The translations under genes and the position numbers were made by a program. A stretch of DNA of 64,000 nt from a virus. The notes under the pieces are model-generated. The model was not told the DNA's origin. It searched no databases and saw only the letters and a list, made by a program, of their open reading frames with translations. Below are positions 16,009 to 25,900 of the stretch, in pieces. Position 1 is the first letter of the stretch; the number at the start of each line of letters is the position of its first letter. The stretch is from IMG/VR virus record IMGVR_UViG_3300025581_000001, positions 32,001 through 96,000 of that record. The stretch is one strand, 5' to 3'.

Positions 16009-17004
16009 ATGGCAAAAAGGGCAGTGATGACAGGAGCCCGTACCGGAGACATTTCCGCTGCCGCCGACTTTATGGGCCCTGGAGCAATCGAGGTCAACCG
16101 TTATCAGACCGAGATCTTCGACTTGGTGCGCCGTCGTTTCGTATTTGGCCAGCGCATCACAACCGTTCCCGCAACCGGCCAGCCTTCTCGTTACTTCGAG
16201 CAGCTGGCTATTCCGACCGCAGGTATGGTGAATCCCCGGACGCTCGCTACCGGCACCAACGCCTCGGAACCGATCCGCGTGGAGCGCCCGGTCTATCTGA
16301 AGGCGATCACCGGGCAGATCAACTACTCTATCTTCGACGTGGAGGTCACCCAGCAGCAAGGTCAGTTCGCTTACCTTGAAGCCAAGGACTTGACCGACAC
16401 CGTCGATGCGGTACTGAAGCTGCACGATCAGCAGCTGTGGACTGGAGCCGACACCGACTTGGTCTACGCCAGCAGCACCGACTACGTCGGAGTGTCGTCG
16501 CAGATCGTCAATGCTGCCGATCTGGGTGGCTTCTACCACGGCAGCGTGGTGGCCGCATCTGGGTCGCTGGTGAACGCAGTCAAGACGCAAGTGGCGCAAA
16601 TGGCCAGCCGCACCGACTTCGAAGTGAAGCCAAGCGCGCTGTACATGAACCCCATGTTCGGTGACCTGTTCGATCAGGAAGCCAAGAGTGTGCAGCTGTA
16701 CTTCAACGAGGTCGAGGTCATCCCCGGCGTCATCGTGAAGGCATTGCCCACGCAGATCGGCCTGCTGCCCCTGATTCCCGACCCGGCGATAGTGAACCTG
16801 CCGAGCGGTGGGCTGACCCAGTACACCGGATTCATCATCTCGGAGGAGTTCGTCGAGTATCACTACCTGACGAGCCCGGTGCCGAGGGTGTTCCAGCTGG
16901 GGCTGGTCGGCAACTTGGCTGCGCAGTTCGTCGTGCTGAAGTTTGGTGCGCCGGTCGCGAAGGGTGCTGGATACGCGCACGGCTACATTCGCACGATTCG
17001 GTAG
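16009..17004 (+). CDS. Major capsid protein (probable HK97 fold)
   Basis: 331 aa, follows scaffold, strong SD GAGGAG, high-expression codon bias, followed by a terminator. Confidence 0.8.
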   Translation: MAKRAVMTGARTGDISAAADFMGPGAIEVNRYQTEIFDLVRRRFVFGQRITTVPATGQPSRYFEQLAIPTAGMVNPRTLATGTNASEPIRVERPVYLKAITGQINYSIFDVEVTQQQGQFAYLEAKDLTDTVDAVLKLHDQQLWTGADTDLVYASSTDYVGVSSQIVNAADLGGFYHGSVVAASGSLVNAVKTQVAQMASRTDFEVKPSALYMNPMFGDLFDQEAKSVQLYFNEVEVIPGVIVKALPTQIGLLPLIPDPAIVNLPSGGLTQYTGFIISEEFVEYHYLTSPVPRVFQLGLVGNLAAQFVVLKFGAPVAKGAGYAHGYIRTIR

Positions 17005-17041
17005 GTAACGATTGCCTGATGGAGTTGTCCGCCAACGGTCT

Positions 17042-17074
17042 GGAGAGGCTGCGAACCTGTAGCCTCTCCGTTTG
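17042..17074 (+). terminator. Terminator after the capsid gene
   Basis: GGAGAGGCTGC/GTAGCCTCTCC stem followed by GTTTG. Confidence 0.6.
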
Positions 17075-17096
17075 AACCTTAAGCAACGAGGGATGC

Positions 17097-17909
17097 GTGA
17101 GCAATCCGACTTTTGTTCCCGAGTACGTATTCGAGTACGAGCTGCAAGGCTACGGCTTACCCGCCGTGGCCCAGCTGCCGACCATCATGAACCTGGTGGA
17201 TGCGGCCAGCTCACTTATCGACTCGAACTGCGGGCGCATCGACGGCTTGGGCACCGGCTCGCTCATCTACTCGACCTACGTAGAGCGGCAGCTGCTGCCA
17301 CCGGGCCGCAACCTGTGCCGCTTGTCGAAGCCACCGCTGGTCGCGGTCGACCAAGGCTTCATGGACACCCTGGCCAGCTATAACACGACTGGCTACAACG
17401 GGGTGAGCGGCAACCATTACTGGACAGGCGCGCTGGGCAACGGGGTGGTGCTGGCGAGCGGTGACCTTTCCAGCATCATCAGCGCCAGCGGGCGCTACGG
17501 CTACGGGCGGCGTGATTCCCAGATGACTGCCCCCGACATGAACTACGGGAGCAACATTTTGCAGGTGGCAGCATTCTTCGGTGGGCCACCACAGTGGACG
17601 GCCATCAATCCGTCGATGGTCGAGTACAACGACGAGGTCGGCGAAATCTGGCTGCCCGCCGGTTTGTATATGTCGTCCTACACCGAGGTGCTGCTGAAGT
17701 ACAACGCAGGGTTCAACCCGATTGCGCTGCCCAACAATATCAAGATGGCGTGCGCCGCCTTGGTGAAGAACTTCATTATCCGCGCCGGGGGAGCGACTTC
17801 GCTGACCGGCTACGATGCGGGGCGAATCCATGCGCAGTTCACCCCCGACTTGATTGACACGAATATCGCGCAGTGGCTCAAGTTTTATGCGCATGTTGTG
17901 AGTATGTAG
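17097..17909 (+). CDS. Head-tail adaptor/connector protein
   Basis: LVDAASxLIDxxCGR N-terminus and YNAGF...LPNNIKMACAALV C-terminus typical of gp6/gp15-like adaptors; position. Confidence 0.7.
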   Translation: MSNPTFVPEYVFEYELQGYGLPAVAQLPTIMNLVDAASSLIDSNCGRIDGLGTGSLIYSTYVERQLLPPGRNLCRLSKPPLVAVDQGFMDTLASYNTTGYNGVSGNHYWTGALGNGVVLASGDLSSIISASGRYGYGRRDSQMTAPDMNYGSNILQVAAFFGGPPQWTAINPSMVEYNDEVGEIWLPAGLYMSSYTEVLLKYNAGFNPIALPNNIKMACAALVKNFIIRAGGATSLTGYDAGRIHAQFTPDLIDTNIAQWLKFYAHVVSM

Positions 17910-17910
17910 T

Positions 17911-18426
17911 ATGAGCAGCCCATTTGGACTCGGCTTCGGTGCGCGCTTCATCTTCGACGCCCACCAGAACTGGACGGGTGAAGGGCTGCCGGTCTACTTG
18001 CGGACGCAGAATGCGAATGACGAGGCGCAGGATTTCGCCGACACCGGCTTCGAAGTTACGGTCACCAGCCCGAACCTGTTGAGCGGCGCAGGCACGACCG
18101 ACCATCTGGTGCTGCCACCGCCGCTAGTCGAGCCCTTGAGCTTGGTCGATATCGGCATCATGGGTGGCAAGCTGATGTTCGGGGCGCGCAAGTTCACGCT
18201 GTCACACACTTGGGTGATGGCATGGATGACGGCGAACGGCTACGACAATCCGCTGGCGGTGTTTGAAGACCCGGCCAAGGTGGTCGGGCTGTGGCACGAC
18301 AACCAGTTGTGGGCGATTAAGCAGGTGAATCACATCGACCTCGGTGGAGCAATCATCTACTGGGAGCTGATGTGTGATTCAGCGCAGCAGAACATAAGTA
18401 CGGGAACCGGCCTTGACGGGCCGTAG
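17911..18426 (+). CDS. Probable head closure (stopper) protein
   Basis: Position after adaptor; beta-rich. Confidence 0.45.
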   Translation: MSSPFGLGFGARFIFDAHQNWTGEGLPVYLRTQNANDEAQDFADTGFEVTVTSPNLLSGAGTTDHLVLPPPLVEPLSLVDIGIMGGKLMFGARKFTLSHTWVMAWMTANGYDNPLAVFEDPAKVVGLWHDNQLWAIKQVNHIDLGGAIIYWELMCDSAQQNISTGTGLDGP

Positions 18427-18436
18427 AGGAGGCAAC

Positions 18437-18757
18437 ATGAAGGCTGGCGACCAAGTAACGATTAAGGAAGTGCGGCGCAATGCTATGGGCGGCGCGTCCG
18501 TCAAGGTGTTGCGCTTCGGCAACATCCTCAAGATCGAGGGCGAGAAGGGCCAGGAGAAGGCGGACGTGGTGTTCGCCTCGGCCAATCCCGCCGTGAGCCG
18601 ATTGGGCGGCTTCGGAGGCTCGCTGCATGATGTGCAGCAGACCCGCAAGTGGGTGCCACTCACCGAACTGGAACTGGTTTCTACCCGCTACGGCGGGCGG
18701 AACGTAGTGCAAGTCGACCCGAACCGTCGCGGTATCGGTCAACTCTTGAACAAGTAA
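18437..18757 (+). CDS. Hypothetical protein
   Basis: SD GAGGAGG before ATG (MKAGDQV...). Confidence 0.6.
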   Translation: MKAGDQVTIKEVRRNAMGGASVKVLRFGNILKIEGEKGQEKADVVFASANPAVSRLGGFGGSLHDVQQTRKWVPLTELELVSTRYGGRNVVQVDPNRRGIGQLLNK

Positions 18758-18771
18758 GGAGAACATGAATC

Positions 18772-19002
18772 ATGAGTATGCTAGCAGATGCAACTTCAGC
18801 GGTCGCGGATACACCGACGGCGACCTCCCTTGCCAACTCAGTCAACCCAGCGAATGCGCTAGTGGACATTCCGGGCATGCTGAACAACTACCTGATCTCT
18901 CTCAAGGAGATGAAGGTGAAGCTGACGCTTTTGAGGACGGTGGTGGACAGCGGCGACCCGATTTACACGCTACTCGGCAACGGCCTTACGGCCATCGGTT
19001 AG
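18772..19002 (+). CDS. Hypothetical protein
   Basis: SD AAGGAG; GC3 bias. Confidence 0.55.
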   Translation: MSMLADATSAVADTPTATSLANSVNPANALVDIPGMLNNYLISLKEMKVKLTLLRTVVDSGDPIYTLLGNGLTAIG

Positions 19003-19020
19003 TCCTGGGAGTGTGCGCAG

Positions 19021-19515
19021 ATGGACGTGTCCTTCCTTACGCCTTCTATAAGGCTGGAGATGGCGGTAGAGATACCGCCTGACTTCACCGAATGGATGGA
19101 GAAAGCCGCCCGCGTAGTAGAAGTGGGGGTGGCACTGGAAGGCGCTCCGTCTGCGTACGGTCTCGTTTGGGAATATGGAAATCGCAGGCAGCAGTATCCG
19201 GGGCCGAAGACGGTGCTCAGCGAGAACCCGCTGGGCGAGATGGAGTACTTGACGACGCAGGCTCCGCATGGCTGGATTGCGGTCAATGAGGCCGAGATGC
19301 GCGATGCCATCAACAAGCGGCTGGCTGTCGCCGACTTGGACGATATCGAGGATGCTATGGCTGAGGCCAGCATGGACATCTACAACATCCTGCAGCAGAC
19401 GGTGCCTATGGACAGCGGTGCGTTGAGCAACGCTTTGGTCATCGTGCCACCGAACGATGACCTGCTGGATGACGCCGAAGCTGAAGGCACGATGCTGAAT
19501 GAATGGAGTGAATGA
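19021..19515 (+). CDS. HK97 gp10-like neck/tail-completion protein
   Basis: TVPMDSGALSNA resembles the PVDTGxLRxS motif; position. Confidence 0.5.
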   Translation: MDVSFLTPSIRLEMAVEIPPDFTEWMEKAARVVEVGVALEGAPSAYGLVWEYGNRRQQYPGPKTVLSENPLGEMEYLTTQAPHGWIAVNEAEMRDAINKRLAVADLDDIEDAMAEASMDIYNILQQTVPMDSGALSNALVIVPPNDDLLDDAEAEGTMLNEWSE

Positions 19516-20060
19516 TGGCAGATGCGATTGCGGTACCACTGAAGCAGTACATAATCCTGACGCCTGACATCGCGGTGCTGGAGCTTCCCCCGAAGGTGAC
19601 GGCGGAGGAGGCCCGCGCATCGCGCAACAAGAAGTACCCCAAGGGCACCGACTTCCGGGGCTTGAAGCTGGTGCACGCCGACTTTCGCGGGGCCACTATT
19701 GTGCAGTGCCTGTTCGACGACGCCGACTGCAAGTACGCCTGCTTTGACTCGGCGAACGCCTGGGGGTCAAGCTTCGTAGGCACCAACATGCACCGGGCGT
19801 CGATAGCCAACGCCTGCTTTGAGAATGCGGACTTCCGGCCACGTGACTGCTTTGGACTGACTTTGAGTTTGCACTGCCGGACATTCCAGGGCTGGAAGGT
19901 CGACCACGACATGATGAAGCTGTGGTTCTTCATGCCAGTGACTTGGCAACTGCCGGAGGTGAAGGGTGCACCGGGCTGGTGGAAGCAGAAGATCGTGCAG
20001 GTCTTGGGGCAGGAGCGGGTGGACAAGCTGAAGATGGTATTTGATGTAAGGCAGGTATGA
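19512..20060 (+). CDS. Pentapeptide repeat protein
   Basis: TDFRG LKLVH ADFRG ATIVQ CLFDD ADCKY ACFDS ANAWG SSFVG TNMHR ASIAN ACFEN ADFRP. Confidence 0.85.
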   Translation: MMADAIAVPLKQYIILTPDIAVLELPPKVTAEEARASRNKKYPKGTDFRGLKLVHADFRGATIVQCLFDDADCKYACFDSANAWGSSFVGTNMHRASIANACFENADFRPRDCFGLTLSLHCRTFQGWKVDHDMMKLWFFMPVTWQLPEVKGAPGWWKQKIVQVLGQERVDKLKMVFDVRQV

Positions 20061-20620
20061 GCACAGTACCGGCAGACATCGGGCAGGTGATCGGGGCGGC
20101 GCAGAGCCACTTCTACTTCGTGAAGAAGCGCATTATCGCGCTCAACTCCCAGCGTACCATTGTCGGCATTAACGACGCGATGGACTGGCCGCCGAAGCAG
20201 TTTCTGCCCAACACGTTCTACATGCTGCCGATGGACACCACGACGCGAACAGGTTTTGGCACTCCAATGTCGTTGGGCTTGGCGAATGTGGTGCAGTGGA
20301 ACTGGATGGCTCCAGGGAACGACTTGGCGGCGAACCAGCGAGGCCGCAACCGCGCCGACCGGTTCCTCATCAACCAGCAGATGGTCTCGGAGATCATGTA
20401 CGGGCTGTACCCGTACTTCTGCGACAAGCAGGTTTATAAGGTGCAGGACGTGAATGGCCAGATCAAGCTGACCGGCAGCACTATCGACCCGCCGGAGCAA
20501 ATCTGGTGGACGTACCCAAGATTCCTGAAGGCGCGGCTGGACGACGAGCAGAAGTCAGGCATCTTGTACAGCATCGCGCAGGTGACCTTGAATCAATTTG
20601 GAGACAGTATCTACTCATAA
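20057..20620 (+). CDS. Probable tail terminator protein
   Basis: Position immediately before tail tube; size. Confidence 0.45.
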   Translation: MSTVPADIGQVIGAAQSHFYFVKKRIIALNSQRTIVGINDAMDWPPKQFLPNTFYMLPMDTTTRTGFGTPMSLGLANVVQWNWMAPGNDLAANQRGRNRADRFLINQQMVSEIMYGLYPYFCDKQVYKVQDVNGQIKLTGSTIDPPEQIWWTYPRFLKARLDDEQKSGILYSIAQVTLNQFGDSIYS

Positions 20621-20715
20621 GTATGCAGGACAGATAAAACCATGCGAGCAGGCCGGTAGGACTCAGGAAGAAATCAGGAAGGTTTCAGGACAAATTCTCT
20701 TAGGAGGCTACTCGC

Positions 20716-21801
20716 ATGGCACTGTCAAAATCCCTCGTACAGCCGTTTCGCAAGTCTGCCCTGATTCTGGGCAGCGGCTGGCGTGGTGCGTTCGCACCCT
20801 TCAACATCGCTTACAACTTCAGCCAGGCAACATCGCAGTACGGCCCGAGCATCCTGGACTTGCAGTACAGTGGGCCATTCAACACCAACAAACTCCCGGC
20901 AGGTTGGACTGACCTGGGATGGATTATGGGCTTCAAGATGACGCCCAGCTCGAAGATCGGTCAGATCACGTCTGGCTATCGCGGCGCGGTACGCCAGCAG
21001 GTGCGTGGCGAAGTGAATGAGCAGTTCGACTTCCAGTTCAAGGAGTTCAGCCGACTGGCCTGGAAGATTTCGACCGGCACGGAAATCTTTAACTTGCTGG
21101 AGACCGGTGCGGCCCAGACGCAAGGCCCGTTGTCCGGCTCAGGTGCACCCACATGGGCGGTGTCCGGCTACAACGCGTCCGACGGCAGCTACGGTGGCTC
21201 GCCCACCTTGGTCTTGTCGGTTGCTCCCGGCGCACTGGCGGTCAATGACCGTATCGTCTGCGACGTGGATTTCGTGGCCAGTGCTTACCCTTACGGTGGA
21301 TTCGCCGGTTCCAACGGCATTCCCATCTACCCCAACAACGCGCCCAGCGATGTCGACTTCATCCGCAAGACCAGCGACTTCGTGTCGCGGGTTGTGCAGA
21401 TCAGCGGCAACACGCTGGTGCTCGACCAGCCGTTCATCGGCGGCGGGTCGTCTTCGACGCTATTGCAGGGGCCGACAAGTCCTCCGGCAGGCTCCAAGGT
21501 GCAGCAGATGATCGGCACCGCGTCGAGGGAGGGTGGCACTTACATCACCGAGTGGTCGGCGATGTTCATCCTCGACTCGCAGAACGGCGATCAGTTCTGC
21601 ATCTACTACCCGCATGTCTCAATTTCGCAGTTCAAGGACATCTCGACGTGGAACATCAACAACATCGGCACTACCGACACCACTGGCTACCAGCTCGACG
21701 CCACCATGCAAGCACTGGCTTTCGACGACCCGCTGGATGGTGAGACGGTGGTTGGATATCGCGCTTGGTATCCAAACCCGCTGGCTAATATCAGCGCTTA
21801 G
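20716..21801 (+). CDS. Major tail tube protein
   Basis: WTDLGWI motif, SD AGGAGG, upstream of chaperones and tape measure, followed by a hairpin. Confidence 0.7.
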   Translation: MALSKSLVQPFRKSALILGSGWRGAFAPFNIAYNFSQATSQYGPSILDLQYSGPFNTNKLPAGWTDLGWIMGFKMTPSSKIGQITSGYRGAVRQQVRGEVNEQFDFQFKEFSRLAWKISTGTEIFNLLETGAAQTQGPLSGSGAPTWAVSGYNASDGSYGGSPTLVLSVAPGALAVNDRIVCDVDFVASAYPYGGFAGSNGIPIYPNNAPSDVDFIRKTSDFVSRVVQISGNTLVLDQPFIGGGSSSTLLQGPTSPPAGSKVQQMIGTASREGGTYITEWSAMFILDSQNGDQFCIYYPHVSISQFKDISTWNINNIGTTDTTGYQLDATMQALAFDDPLDGETVVGYRAWYPNPLANISA

Positions 21802-21833
21802 TTTAACCCGGACGCGTTGCGTCGTCCTTAACC

Positions 21834-21865
21834 GGGAGGGGGCCTGGAAGCTCCCTCCCACTTAG
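21834..21865 (+). terminator. GC-rich hairpin after tail tube gene (weak U-tract)
   Basis: GGGAGGGGGC/GCTCCCTCCC stem. Confidence 0.45.
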
Positions 21866-21919
21866 CAAGACCCGATGCAGCAAGACTAAACTTTTGATTG
21901 CAAGTTATGGAGGAACCAA

Positions 21920-22633
21920 ATGAGTACCACACCCGCAATAACTCCACCTATTTCCAGCCTCGATGCTTTGTCTCCCGAGGCATTAATTTTACTTACAAGG
22001 CAAGTGCGTCCTGAAGTTGAGGATGCAGTGCGCTCCGAGATGAGGACGACCTTCGAACTTGAGATCGTCAAGTTCAAGGAAGACCTCACCCGGCAGAATG
22101 CCGAGGTTGTCAAGCGCAGTGTCGATAAGTGGGAGGCCGAGGAAGCCAAGAAGCGCGAGCCTCTCAAGCCTGAGCAAATCCAACTCATGCTGGATAAGCA
22201 GTACGCCGTCTTCAAACTGAAGCTGGATAAGGACGGCGAGATGATCAAGTTCACCCTGCGCGAGCTACCGCAGTTCTATGAGAAGAAGTTCTTCAAGCTG
22301 GTCAAGGACACGTTAAAGGACGCGGTCGCCGAGATGGGTGGGGCGCAGTTTAAGCTAGTCGATGGCGACGTGCTCACCCAGATTACATCGCTGATGGAAG
22401 TCTTCGAGCCCGCCCTTGACGTGATGGCGGAAGGCTGCGTGATTTGCCTGAATCCGAAAGGCACGCTTACGTGGCTCGACGTGAAGTGGGTGAAGGACAA
22501 TGTTTCTAGCGAGCGCATCTACAACATCTTGTTGGCACAGGTGGAGCTGAACAAGCTCAGGGATTTTTTCTCACATCTTTTCCAAGGATACCAGACGACC
22601 ACGAGCGTGAGCCAAGCCGCTGTCCAGCAGTAG
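21920..22633 (+). CDS. Tail assembly chaperone (G-like)
   Basis: Between tail tube and tape measure; slippery heptamer near the 3' end. Confidence 0.65.
   Translation: MSTTPAITPPISSLDALSPEALILLTRQVRPEVEDAVRSEMRTTFELEIVKFKEDLTRQNAEVVKRSVDKWEAEEAKKREPLKPEQIQLMLDKQYAVFKLKLDKDGEMIKFTLRELPQFYEKKFFKLVKDTLKDAVAEMGGAQFKLVDGDVLTQITSLMEVFEPALDVMAEGCVICLNPKGTLTWLDVKWVKDNVSSERIYNILLAQVELNKLRDFFSHLFQGYQTTTSVSQAAVQQ
22564..22570 (+). other. -1 programmed ribosomal frameshift site T TTT TTC
   Basis: X XXY YYZ heptamer in the chaperone frame (gaT TTT TTC); the -1 frame is stop-free from here into ORF 22651..22989. Confidence 0.7.
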
Positions 22634-22650
22634 CTGGAGCGGGTAGCTGG

Positions 22651-22989
22651 ATGCAGGAGTTCAAGATGTCGTGGGACGAGATACAGCGCAAGTTCACGTT
22701 GTCGGAGATGGCGATGATGAACTTCTCCTCCCGCGAGTCAGTGGCTGGTCTTGGAAAAGACAAAACGCGGGCACTGCCCGAGCCGAGCATGGAGCAGTTC
22801 CTTGACGATGAGGTGGGCAACCCAGAAGCGATGCAACCCAGTGACTTCTCGGTGAAGCGTGGGCCAGTTGAGACCTCGCCAGATGAGATGACTGACATGC
22901 GGCAATATACTGGCAAGCAGCTGTGGAAGTACTTCCAGAGTCAAGGATTGATATTTCCTATGATTGAGCGCAAGAAGAAGAGGGACTAA
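22651..22989 (+). CDS. Tail assembly chaperone, frameshift extension (T-like)
   Basis: In the -1 frame relative to 21920..22633; no obvious SD; SWDEIxxxFTLSE resembles GT-type C-termini. Confidence 0.6.
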   Translation: MQEFKMSWDEIQRKFTLSEMAMMNFSSRESVAGLGKDKTRALPEPSMEQFLDDEVGNPEAMQPSDFSVKRGPVETSPDEMTDMRQYTGKQLWKYFQSQGLIFPMIERKKKRD

Positions 22990-22990
22990 G

Positions 22991-25900
22991 ATGGCCGACA
23001 ACCCCGGACGTCTACTGCTGGTAAAAGCCAAGGTCGACCTGACTGCTTTCAAGGACAGCTTGAAGCAGATGCAGAATATGGTGAAGTCGGTCAACTTGGC
23101 GCTGGCTCCCAAGGCCGCTGCGACCGTCAGCACTGGCCTGAAGGAGACGCTGGACGCCGAGCGGCAGAAGCAGACTGCCAAGCAAGCCACCCTAAAGGTC
23201 GGTGACTCCAGCGTCGTGCAGGAGAAGTCGCTGCGTGCTGAACTGATGCGCACGATGGAGCTGCGGCGACAGGAGACGGTCGAGCTGCAGAAGCAGGTCA
23301 CTGCCCTGCGTGAGAAGGTAGCTGCCGAGAATGCTTTGCTACATGTCCAGCACGAGGGCGTCCGCCAGCAGACGCAGCGCACCATCCAGCAAGAACGGGC
23401 GCTACGGCAGCCCACGTCGTACCAAGGCGTCATACCTACGGTGGTGCGCTCTGCGCCCGCCGTAGCGCAAACCGTGGCCAGCGCTGGCGCTTCTACGGGG
23501 CAATCGGTGGAGACAGCGGCCTACCAAGCCAGTCTTATGCGCCAAATGCGGCTGGCGTCGGTGGGCAAGGCTCCGGGCGGGATGCCACCAGCCAGCGGGC
23601 TTACAGCTTCGCTTACCGGTGGTTTGATGGGAGGCTTGGGCGCTGGTATGCCTGCCTCCGAAGCGGCTCGACTGCAGGATCAGCGGGCACGTGATTTGCG
23701 CTTGCAGCAGACAGTGCAACGTGCTATTGCAGTACAGATTCCAACAGCAGTAACAAAGCCTAGTGAAGTTCGTACTCCGTCGCGGGTAATTACTCCGGTT
23801 GCAATCAAGCAGCCGATTGAGACCAAGCAGTCTGTCGAAGTGTTGCCTCGCTTGTCGATGGTAGAGACTGCGAATCTTGCCCGAGCGCAAGCAGCTAAAG
23901 ACAAAGCACTCCGTGAACTTCGTGAACGGACTGCTGCAGCTCATGTAGTAATACCTCCTCCCCCTCCAGCGTCGCTGGTTGAAAAAGATACGCTGACTGG
24001 ACGGTTCCGGGCTAAGTCACATCCTACTGAAGTGGTTGTTCCTCCAACTCCGATAGTTCCGATTAGGCAGCCGATTGTGGTACCTCCTCTTCCAGTAGCA
24101 GCAGCAAAGCCAAGTGAAGTTTTGATACCTCCGCCTGCGAGATTGGTTGAGAAAGACCCGCTGACTGGACGGTTTCGCGCTAAGGCTCCAGAAGTTATTG
24201 TTCCGCCACCCCCACCGGTGATTCCACCGGTTGTGTTCAGACAGCCAGTTAAGCCAGAGGTTGCCCCTGTCACGGTCAAGCAACCAACGGAAGTCCTACC
24301 GCAAATAACTACTGCACAGATTATGGCGCAGCAGCGTGCCCGCGAATTGCGGATGCAGACTGCGCCTATCTTGCAGGCTCCGATACCGCAAGGTGGCTGG
24401 GTCGAGAAAGACCCGGCGACCGGGCACTTCCGTGCCAAGCAGCAAACTCCAGTGGCACATCCTCCGTCGTCTCCTGAACAAGTTCGGGCGCAGCGGGCGC
24501 AAGAGTCTGCATTCACTCGCATGACGGTGCAAGACGCCGCCGCGCAGGTTAGGCTTACCCAAGTCACCGAGGGCCAGAAGAAAGCGTTGGTACTCGGCTC
24601 CTTAGATGTGCAGCGTGATGCGTTGCGTGCCCAGCTGCGGTCGCAGCAGATCAGCTTCGTCCAGTACATATCGCAAATGAAAGTCTTGGTGGCACAGGAG
24701 AAGGCTACCAAGCTTGCCGCTATCGCCGCCGAGGAGAAGGCGCTGCTGGCTCTGTTGCAGACTAAACTTAAGGTCAATGCTATCACTCCGCAGGCGTTTC
24801 AGACTCAGAGTTCAATTCTCAATGCGCAGATGGGGATGCAGCGCACGGCAGTAGAGAATGCCAGCAGCCGCCAGCTGCTCATGTTCAACAGGCAGCAGCC
24901 TCAACTACGTGGAGGAAAAGGAGAAGAGGGCAGCTTGCTGCGCGGTATGGGCATGGGCATTACCCGCAGCTTGGGTGGTGGACTTGTCGGCTCGATAGCG
25001 ACCGGTCTGATGTTTGGTGGTGGTACCTTGATGGTGTTCGATCAAGCAGCTCGCGGCATCGAGCACATGATGCACTCGATGAAGGAGTTCATCCTGGCGT
25101 CCGGCCCCATGCAGCAGGTGAATGCGCAGTTCCAGACGCTGGCCAAGGGAGCGGGCATTGATGCTCCAGCATTCATGGATAAGCTGCGCGCATCGACCCA
25201 CGGGCTTGTCGACCACATGGATTTGATGCGGGTCGCTACCGGAGCACTGCGCAGCAATCTGAAGCTTTCCGATACAGATATTCTGCGGCTGGTCAAGGAC
25301 ACGACTGAGTTGGCCCGCGTGCAGGGCAAGTCAGTGCCACAGGCCATGCATATGCTTGACACCGCTTTGCAGACTGGGCAGATGCGTGGCGTTGCAAGGT
25401 TTCTTGGTCTCAATCAGCGCGAGTTGATGATGAATGTTGCTCCACGTGGCGCAACGATACAGCAGCGTGAACAGCTGCAGATGACACAGGTGCGAGGAGC
25501 GATGGAGTCACGGCTGGCCAAGACTGGTATCGCACCTGAGACCATGACCGAGAGCTTCCAGAAGTTGAAGCAGGCACAATCTGAATTTTGGGAGGACTTC
25601 GGGCAAGGGATGGCGACGTCTACCGGAGCAAGGGCATTCATAGCGTCACTCAGCAAGATGGCTGACGGTATCGGTGGCCTGAGTGGTATGGCGAAGAAGT
25701 TGGGGGAAACGCTGGGAGAAGCGTTCGCATTTGTAGGACGCGTACTACTCAGTGTTATAGAGGACTTCGGAAGTCTTGCAAAAATCATAGGTTTAGTGGT
25801 TAGTCAGGGAGTTGCCGGAATCACATCTCTTGGCGGAGCAGTTGGAGGATTGCAGGGGCAACTGACTGGCATGAAGTCTGTGTTCAGCTTCATGTTCGAA

